A stretch of DNA of 64,000 bases from a virus (Duplodnaviria; Heunggongvirae; Uroviricota; Caudoviricetes), in the IMG/VR virus record IMGVR_UViG_3300011008_000003, one strand, 5' to 3'. The first letter of the stretch is position 1, and every line of letters starts with the position of its first letter. Position numbers and translations under genes: made by a program. Positions 57,603 through 64,000 of this stretch are shown here, piece by piece. The notes under the pieces were generated by a model, which was not told where the DNA came from, searched no databases, and worked only from the letters and a program-made list of their open reading frames with translations.

Positions 57603-57866
57603 TCACTTGTAGATTTCAACGGTTTTACGGTCGATGATCGTGTCCGTTCCCAAACCTTCGACAATGAACCGTTGTTCGATTTGTTCGATGATGTCCTCGG
57701 CGTGTTCTTTCGTATCGGTTTCGATAACGATTACATTTCCGAGTTTCGGTCGTTTGACCGTTTCGTACGGACACATTTGACTGAGGACGTAATCCACCAA
57801 ATTGTTCATTTGGGAGTTTCTACGGATGTCGTAGTCGATGGAAACCAGTGCGAGAAATTTTTTCAT
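57603..57866 (-). CDS. Hypothetical protein (start corrected)
   Basis: Promoter + AAGAGGTC RBS. Confidence 0.75.
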   Translation of the reverse strand: MKKFLALVSIDYDIRRNSQMNNLVDYVLSQMCPYETVKRPKLGNVIVIETDTKEHAEDIIEQIEQRFIVEGLGTDTIIDRKTVEIYK

Positions 57867-57939
57867 TTTAGACCTCTTTTGTTTATTATAATATAGAAAA
57901 TTCCAAAGAATTTGTAAATAAGGAAAAATCCAGTTTTTA

Positions 57940-58092
57940 TTACTGGATTCCCGTGATTTTGATGAATTTGATTTGTTTACGAGCACACGGAACGCAGAGA
58001 ATCAAGTTGGCGAACAGCCAAACCCTGGAGTTGTTGTATTTGATGGTGTTGGTCTTGCACTGCGGGCAACGGTAAGCCTTAGAGATTTTCAT
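57940..58092 (-). CDS. 50-aa zinc-ribbon protein (CPQC...CVPC)
   Basis: Promoter + AAGGA RBS; not in ORF track. Confidence 0.62.
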   Translation of the reverse strand: MKISKAYRCPQCKTNTIKYNNSRVWLFANLILCVPCARKQIKFIKITGIQ

Positions 58093-58230
58093 TCGGATTT
58101 CCTTAGTTAAATTAAACGACGATTAAGTTCGATTTAAATATAGAAAATTCTGAATATTTTGTAAAGACTATTAAATATAAAAAAATAACCGGAAGTCTTT
58201 CAACTCCCGGTTTTCATTAAGTAATAAGAA

Positions 58231-58710
58231 TTAACACCACGGAGATTCGAACTTGGTGTTGTTGTTGATGTTCTTGAAGATACCCTCACGGAACTTGAAA
58301 CAGTGGTCGAAGTATTCGTCCGGGAACATTCCGGAAGGCCAGTTAGTCGGATCTTCGTCGTGATACGGTTCGTCTTCCAAAGTGATTACGTTGACAATCT
58401 CGTTGACAACCTGGAATACGTCGGTGGTCGTGTAGTCAACCTGGTCCCAAGTCGTAGTTTCACCGTCGTCGGTCTGTTCACTGTGTCTCTTGATGGAGTA
58501 TTCGTATTTCTTCTTGGAATCGTCGATACCGATTTCGAGATAACCCTCGGGACAGGACGGTTCGTCCTGACAATAAGTATGGACGATGATTTTCTTACTG
58601 TCGACCTTGACATCGACCGACGGGAATCCCCTGGCGATGAAGACGAGATTACCGAAGTCGTTGTTGATACGACCGATGATGTCAAAGACGTTGATGGTGT
58701 TCTTTTTCAT
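58231..58710 (-). CDS. Hypothetical protein (start corrected)
   Basis: AGAGGTCCAAAT-ATG. Confidence 0.8.
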   Translation of the reverse strand: MKKNTINVFDIIGRINNDFGNLVFIARGFPSVDVKVDSKKIIVHTYCQDEPSCPEGYLEIGIDDSKKKYEYSIKRHSEQTDDGETTTWDQVDYTTTDVFQVVNEIVNVITLEDEPYHDEDPTNWPSGMFPDEYFDHCFKFREGIFKNINNNTKFESPWC

Positions 58711-58968
58711 ATTTGGACCTCTATTAAGAAAGATTTCGGAAATCATTAAGTTATAAAGTTTAAATAACTCTGATTTCTATTTAAATATAGAAAATTCTGA
58801 TAATTTAGTAAACCATTATATTATATAATTATTTGTCGGAGTATCTATCATATCGGAATTGCCGCTTGCGCTAGTACATGGTGCTGGTATTCCGATGAAA
58901 AAATATCAAATGTTTTAGTTTACAACTGCTTCGGTTTTTTCTATATTTAAGTCAACAAGAGGTCTGAT

Positions 58969-59325
58969 ATGAATAAAATTTACTGGAACACTGACACGGA
59001 CGTGCTCGTAGACATCAACAACGTAATCGACAAGAGCAAGATTCCGGACAATTGCGACATTTATCTTAACTTCGGGATTACAGTTGTCGACTGTTGCAAA
59101 TCTCATAGCGTGATTCCAGATTTGATTGACGTGGAAGATACGGAAATAATCAAATGTCTGTACAAGAGAGACGAAGAGGCTGAAGAATATAACGGCGAAG
59201 TCAATATGTCTTCGATTGTCATCGACATGAACGGTAACGAGATTCATAAGGATGTTCAGGCTGTAATGTACGCCGCGACGGCTACGGGAAGAATGTTAAG
59301 CAAGATGAATTCCGAAGAAAAATAA
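58969..59325 (+). CDS. Hypothetical protein
   Basis: Promoter + RBS. Confidence 0.8.
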   Translation: MNKIYWNTDTDVLVDINNVIDKSKIPDNCDIYLNFGITVVDCCKSHSVIPDLIDVEDTEIIKCLYKRDEEAEEYNGEVNMSSIVIDMNGNEIHKDVQAVMYAATATGRMLSKMNSEEK

Positions 59326-59436
59326 TCAAATATTTTAGTTTACAACTTTGTCTAGATTTTCTATATTTTAATCGTTGCAAGTCATAATCGAATGATTAAC
59401 GACTGCAGCGAATCCGATAACAACAAGAGGTCCAAA

Positions 59437-59754
59437 ATGAAAATGACGAACGAAGAACTTCAGAACTACGCAAACCAGATTGAAGAAGCCGGTTTGAAGC
59501 GCGATACCAATCCGGACGTGGCCGGCCTGCATCATTACGTAGTCCAGACGACTTACAAGAAAGCCGACGAAGACGCCGTTCTTGACGGCATGCCGGAAGC
59601 ATTCGAGGCTTGCTTCGATAACGAAAACGGCACGACCGGCGAATGCGAAGACGTCAGCATGTTCTACCTGGAAGACTGTTCGGTCACGGACGCAGCGACT
59701 ATCGTCAGCTGGCTCAAGGCCAACAAGAACTGGAAAACGTACATTGCTGACTAA
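59437..59754 (+). CDS. Hypothetical protein (start corrected)
   Basis: Promoter, leader hairpin, AAGAGGTCC RBS. Confidence 0.8.
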   Translation: MKMTNEELQNYANQIEEAGLKRDTNPDVAGLHHYVVQTTYKKADEDAVLDGMPEAFEACFDNENGTTGECEDVSMFYLEDCSVTDAATIVSWLKANKNWKTYIAD

Positions 59755-59918
59755 TCCAAGTTGAAGAAATCCGGAATGTCGTGAGATATACCGATGATTT
59801 TTTTAATAATGTTTTAGTTTACAACTTAATTAGAATTTTCTATATTTAAATCGTTGCAAGTTATAATTGAATGATTATTCAACTTGCTGCAATTCCAAAC
59901 TAAACCAAAGAGGTCCAA

Positions 59919-60200
59919 ATGATCAAGAGCTTTACCTACACGAACATGAAATCCGAAACTTCCACCAGAATCGTCAACATCGTGCACGAATCCGAAAGCA
60001 TGATTCAGGGTTTCGATTACAAGTACCTGAACTCTGATGAACAAGCGCTGGTCAACGGTGTCTACGGGAACGACCACAAGCCCACGCCGTTTCCGACCGT
60101 CCGTGTGAAGATGACTGACGAAGACTACAAGCAGCTCGGAATCAGCAAGGAACTGTTCAAGAAGGCATTCCGTACCTTCAAGAAGTCTTCCATGAAGTAA
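59919..60200 (+). CDS. Hypothetical protein
   Basis: Promoter, leader hairpin, RBS. Confidence 0.8.
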   Translation: MIKSFTYTNMKSETSTRIVNIVHESESMIQGFDYKYLNSDEQALVNGVYGNDHKPTPFPTVRVKMTDEDYKQLGISKELFKKAFRTFKKSSMK

Positions 60201-60467
60201 GGGACTTCTGTCCTACCTGCGGGGTTCGGTGACCTTCGGGAGATCCGAATCTTTCAGTCGGGCCAATCTGGGTTGCAGGCCAGTCCGACGACAGTCCCAA
60301 GACGGACCGGGAGTACCCTAGGGGAAACCGGTTCTTTATTGCTTTTCCGATAGATTTTTTTATAATGTTTATATTTACGACTTTGATTAGATTTTCTATA
60401 TTTTAGTTGTGCGAGTGATAATTGATTGATTAGTCACTCGCGGAAATTCCAAATCAAAGAGGTCCAA

Positions 60468-60815
60468 ATGGTTACTTTCAAGTCTATCAACGAAATCCAG
60501 TCTGCAATTCGTGCCAAGATCACGAGCAATTCCGAAGCAGCTATCAAGGCGATGATGAAAATCTACGCGAACCAGACGGAAGATGAACAGGATGCCGAAG
60601 CCACAAGGCACCGTAACAATGTCGGTTTCAACGGCACGGACGCCGAAATTCTGAGCAGCTTCTCGAAGCAGTACCAGAAGCGTGGCTTCCTGAGCCCGAA
60701 GCAGAACGCCATCCTGATGAAGAAAATCGGGAAGTATGCAGGTCAGCTGACCAAGCAGGCGATCGCCAACAAGATGTACGTGAAGACCGGCGACGTCTGG
60801 ATCGTCAACAAATAG
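60468..60815 (+). CDS. Conserved phage hypothetical protein (QTxDEQ...NxVGF...D...LSxKQ...KYxxQL)
   Basis: Motif; promoter, leader hairpin, RBS; start corrected. Confidence 0.82.
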   Translation: MVTFKSINEIQSAIRAKITSNSEAAIKAMMKIYANQTEDEQDAEATRHRNNVGFNGTDAEILSSFSKQYQKRGFLSPKQNAILMKKIGKYAGQLTKQAIANKMYVKTGDVWIVNK

Positions 60816-60985
60816 GTTTCTGGACCTCCTGCGGGTCGCTCCGGTATCGGGGCGATTCCGCTTATTTTTTTATATTTTATCTTGTTTACAAGTTTATTAT
60901 AATTTTTTATATTTTAATTGAACAAGTGATAATTAAATAATTATTTACTTGCTGAAACTCCAAACAAAATCAAAGAGGTCCAATT

Positions 60986-61363
60986 ATGATGAAAGCCAAC
61001 AAGATTGAAGACATCCGCCGCATCTACACCAAGTACGAAGGCGTTCCGTGCAAGATCGAAGCAGACCGTACGAAGCAGGTCGTTTCTGTCGAATACAACT
61101 GGACTGGCGACGATAATGCTCGCCGTTGCTTCGTCGCCTACGCTTGTGTGAATGGTGATCCAGATCGTTTCTGCATGTCTGAATACGCGAATTCCGACCA
61201 CGATGAAAACTGGAACTGCGATGTAACCGTTAGCTTCTACGGGAATCTGAACAACGACCAGGAGATTCTGGATTTGGTCGAAAGCTTGCTGATGAACTTC
61301 TTCAAGGCTGAACGAGCAATGAAGGTCTTCAGTAAGCTTGAGAAAGCTGGACTCGTCAAGTAG
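60986..61363 (+). CDS. Hypothetical protein
   Basis: Promoter, leader hairpin, RBS. Confidence 0.8.
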   Translation: MMKANKIEDIRRIYTKYEGVPCKIEADRTKQVVSVEYNWTGDDNARRCFVAYACVNGDPDRFCMSEYANSDHDENWNCDVTVSFYGNLNNDQEILDLVESLLMNFFKAERAMKVFSKLEKAGLVK

Positions 61364-61369
61364 TTCCGA

Positions 61370-61870
61370 CATACCAGCTGACAGTCCGTTTGACACGTCA
61401 GATGTCAGATAGGCTGTCAGTTTGCTGCGTTTTATGACGGCTTTTACGACGTTATTTGGGCATAACGTCAGCTTTCGCGACGTGCCAAATGACGCCCCGG
61501 TAGGCCTATTTTAGGCTGGTATGCCGACGCCCCAGTGCGTGAAAAAACGGGCAGGCGGGCTCCAAAAAAATGTGCTAAGGCGAGCCTATAGGGTTAACCC
61601 CCCGGCCCGGGGGCCCAGGTCTCCTATGGGCGGGCTTTTTGCGTGCGTGTCTTTCTCTTAAAAAAAATTTTTTCCGGGAAATTTTTTCTGGGCTATCTAC
61701 TGGCGGGCAGATATGGCGGGCGGCAATCGGGACATATATCGGGACACAATGTCTTGATTATTATATAGTTTTTTCGTATCGAGACATTTCTACCCCCGCC
61801 CGGGCTTATTTTTGAAAAAGGCTCATTTTGAAAAATTTTTTATAGAAAAATTTTAATCCTATATATGAAA
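61370..61870. other. Non-coding, repeat- and palindrome-rich segment near the transcription-direction switch (candidate origin/terminus/packaging region)
   Basis: GACG and GCGGGC repeats, CCCCCCGGCCCGGGGG, A8/T6 tracts, no ORF. Confidence 0.45.
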
Positions 61871-61902
61871 ACGGGCTTACGTTCCTTTCTTATTTTACTA
61901 TA

Positions 61903-62217
61903 TTGCGAAATAAGATAAGTAGAGAAGAGTTAGATAGCTTACAGCAGTATCTGAAACATAATGCCGTGGCTGATTTATACAGTTCGGACTGGTATTCAAT
62001 AAATGGCTTGGAAATAAGTATCGACCTTGATTGCGTATATGTATACCTGATGCGTGACAAATGGCTGATAGCGTGTACCAAGGCCGGGTGTGGTCTGAGC
62101 AGTGATAACCCGCATAAGGTTATTGTACTTGATTTCGACAGATTGATGCGGTTAATCGACGGCGGCGAGATGGCTTATAATAATATGGAGACCGAGTGGA
62201 TCCTGAATGAGCTGTGA
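61903..62217 (+). CDS. Hypothetical protein, C-terminal tag; start uncertain
   Basis: Promoter upstream; ends WILNEL. Confidence 0.6.
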   Translation: MRNKISREELDSLQQYLKHNAVADLYSSDWYSINGLEISIDLDCVYVYLMRDKWLIACTKAGCGLSSDNPHKVIVLDFDRLMRLIDGGEMAYNNMETEWILNEL

Positions 62218-62218
62218 T

Positions 62219-62692
62219 TTACGGCAATTCATCTATGTATTCTTCTATCATACGGTTTTCCATAGCCAGTTTTTCTTTTAATATATCCCTGTATGTATCG
62301 GAAGACAAGAAGTTCTTTCTGAGTTCGTTCATGAATATTACGAGTTTTTCCGGGTTATCGTTCGGGTGTTTGAGGCGTAATACGGAGAGCGGAATGCCGT
62401 CGGACGGCTGGGAAGTATTATTTACATAGATTTTTATCAGGTATATGGTATCGTTTTTACGTAATAACGACTGTCCTTTTACCATGAAGCATAGGATTTT
62501 GCTGTTTAGCGGGCTGACGACGCCGAGGCACGCTATGAGGCATTCACCGTCTACTGGGGATATGCGGGAGCTGTACTGGTGGAAATTGTCGCCTATACTG
62601 TTTCCGAATATTTTAACGGCCTGGTTGTCCGCCAGGTCCAGTTCGTGTTTATATTTTTCCTGTTTCAGCTTATATTTCTTTTCGTAGTTCAT
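62219..62692 (-). CDS. Family B protein
   Basis: Similar to 62689; ends YIDELP. Confidence 0.8.
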   Translation of the reverse strand: MNYEKKYKLKQEKYKHELDLADNQAVKIFGNSIGDNFHQYSSRISPVDGECLIACLGVVSPLNSKILCFMVKGQSLLRKNDTIYLIKIYVNNTSQPSDGIPLSVLRLKHPNDNPEKLVIFMNELRKNFLSSDTYRDILKEKLAMENRMIEEYIDELP

Positions 62693-63198
62693 GGCAGGGA
62701 ATCCAGGAGTTTCTTGGTCTTGTAGTTCTGTCTCTGCAGTATTTTCTTTTTCAGCTTTACGAACCCGGTATTCATGTATTCACTTCTGTATTTTTCCATT
62801 TTATTCAGGAGTTCCGTTACGGAACCTGCCTGGTCTATATACTGGTAATCCGGATCGTAGCCGACGGAAGAGCAGAGGCCGTTCGAGCCGATCGGGCCGT
62901 ATGTCATGTGCGGGTGTTCTTTCTGAGGATCCCTGATTCTGTAGATTCTGTTTGTTGTATATTCTTCCAGCAGGATTTCGCCTATGACACGCCAGCACAG
63001 ATTGGCTGGTTTAGTCGGGTGGGCTATGCCAAGCGATATTTCTATGCCTTTTTCTTTATTTGACGAGACATAGGATGAGAATATATGGAAATCGTCATGG
63101 AATTTGTCTCCATACAGTTTATGCGCAATATGTTCGGCTACGGCGAGGTCGGGCATCAGTTCTTTAACTTTTTTGGTATATTCCAGGTATTTACTCAT
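62689..63198 (-). CDS. Family B protein
   Basis: ATGA coupling; ends LLDSLP. Confidence 0.82.
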   Translation of the reverse strand: MSKYLEYTKKVKELMPDLAVAEHIAHKLYGDKFHDDFHIFSSYVSSNKEKGIEISLGIAHPTKPANLCWRVIGEILLEEYTTNRIYRIRDPQKEHPHMTYGPIGSNGLCSSVGYDPDYQYIDQAGSVTELLNKMEKYRSEYMNTGFVKLKKKILQRQNYKTKKLLDSLP

Positions 63199-63482
63199 TC
63201 TAGGATCTCCAGTGCGGTCTTGGTGAGTTCATTGTTCAGTTCCAGCATGAATTTATGTTCGTTTTTCTTTATTTCCTCGTAGTTGTATTGTTTTTCGCCG
63301 AGCTGGATATAGCAATACCTGCGTGTCGCACTCTGGTCGAACCAGATAACGTCTTTTTTGCTGCCGTCGAACCAGAACTCAATCCTATATTTCAGTACAT
63401 CAAATACGGTAACTCTACTGAATAATATGTCGGTAATATTCCTGTAGGTTGTGCCGTAGAGGTTGTCATATATGATAATCAT
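63195..63482 (-). CDS. Family A small protein
   Basis: IQLGEKQYNY...ALEILE. Confidence 0.8.
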   Translation of the reverse strand: MIIIYDNLYGTTYRNITDILFSRVTVFDVLKYRIEFWFDGSKKDVIWFDQSATRRYCYIQLGEKQYNYEEIKKNEHKFMLELNNELTKTALEILE

Positions 63483-63866
63483 TATAGAACCTCCAGAATT
63501 TCTTTGAGTTCCTGTTTCTTGGCTTTCTTGAACTGGCGTCTTACGAATTCTTGTCTTTTTTCTTCCATTTTATCAAGGAGCTTGTCTACCGTAGAGAAAT
63601 ATACGGGTTTTCTATTAAGACAGGTTTTCGATAGGGTCTTGTCGAATACGATTAACATTTCATGTGGTTCTTTATCTCCGTCGTAGAAAGTCAGGCGTGC
63701 TTCCCAAAGGACATTGTACATTTTATCGTACCCATGCGGTCGAGTGGTCATAATTGGACCAGTGTTCAAGTGTAAAAGTATAGTCGTCGAACTCGCACCA
63801 ACGGGAACACTTCTCCAGTCGTGCTTTCATTTTCTTGTTGACTGCTGCGTAATTGTTATTGTTCAT
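63482..63866 (-). pseudogene. Family B gene apparently split by a 1-nt frameshift (63866-63723 and 63721-63482)
   Basis: Two coupled ORFs whose summed length approaches the family size; ends ILEVL. Confidence 0.45.
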
Positions 63867-64000
63867 GGTAGGGAATCGATAATCTGTTCTATTGCGGTAT
63901 TACAAAGCTTTAAATAGTCACCTTTGATAAATTCAAGGCGGTATTCTTCCATTTTGCGCATCATGCCGGCCAATGTCTGAGCACATGGGTAATATTCTTC
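63863..64000 (-). CDS. Family B protein, 3' part (runs off window edge)
   Basis: MMRKMEEYRLEFIKG...IIDSLP. Confidence 0.78.
   Translation of the reverse strand, partial: EEYYPCAQTLAGMMRKMEEYRLEFIKGDYLKLCNTAIEQIIDSLP

Larger units (their letters stand above)
10000..61910. promoter_or_regulatory. Repeated cassette promoter, roughly 90 copies in the window by eye: [C(C/T)G]-N24-TTKACR-N17-TATATT, then AAACAAGAGGTTAAT-ATG or leaderless ATG
   Basis: e.g. -35 at 17061, 21643, 24853, 26401, 28117, 52654, 58919, 59818, each 17 nt from TATATT. Confidence 0.9.

Noticed and set aside
1-64000. Stop-codon reassignment, DGR or retron
   Set aside because: Core genes are intact in the standard code with TAA, TAG and TGA all used as stops; no reverse transcriptase or template/variable repeat pair seen

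Overview
This window is part of a large, T4-related (jumbo-type) dsDNA phage genome. The host is probably Gram-negative; Fibrobacter-like is an unverified inference from promoter style, the AAGAGG ribosome-binding site (RBS), codon usage and the GroEL sequence. The left ~9 kb holds core genes: a phage-encoded sigma70-family factor (cut by the window edge and absent from the ORF track), a thymidylate-synthase homologue with Asp at the dUMP/dCMP specificity position, a dNMP kinase, gp47/gp46 (Mre11/Rad50-like) separated by an AT-rich putative homing endonuclease and a small ORF, a ~650-nt structured non-coding segment, and GroEL. From ~10 to 61 kb there are >100 mostly small hypothetical genes, most with their own copy of one promoter (TTKACR-N17-TATATT, often with C(C/T)G exactly 27 nt before the -35). 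This region also has a MoxR AAA+/VWA pair, two tRNAs, small structured RNAs, a dispersed ~100-bp repeat and four T4-late-type TATAAATA-N4-ATG starts. Main findings: (i) about 30 proteins from several unrelated families end in the same [IL]xxL-x(0-2)-stop helix, suggesting a shared sorting or docking tag; (ii) the fixed-position -60 promoter box; (iii) small RNAs and 3' UTRs displaying sequences complementary to translation-initiation regions; (iv) a possible dCMP-modifying ThyA. All assignments are by-eye motif recognition; no database search or folding program was run.
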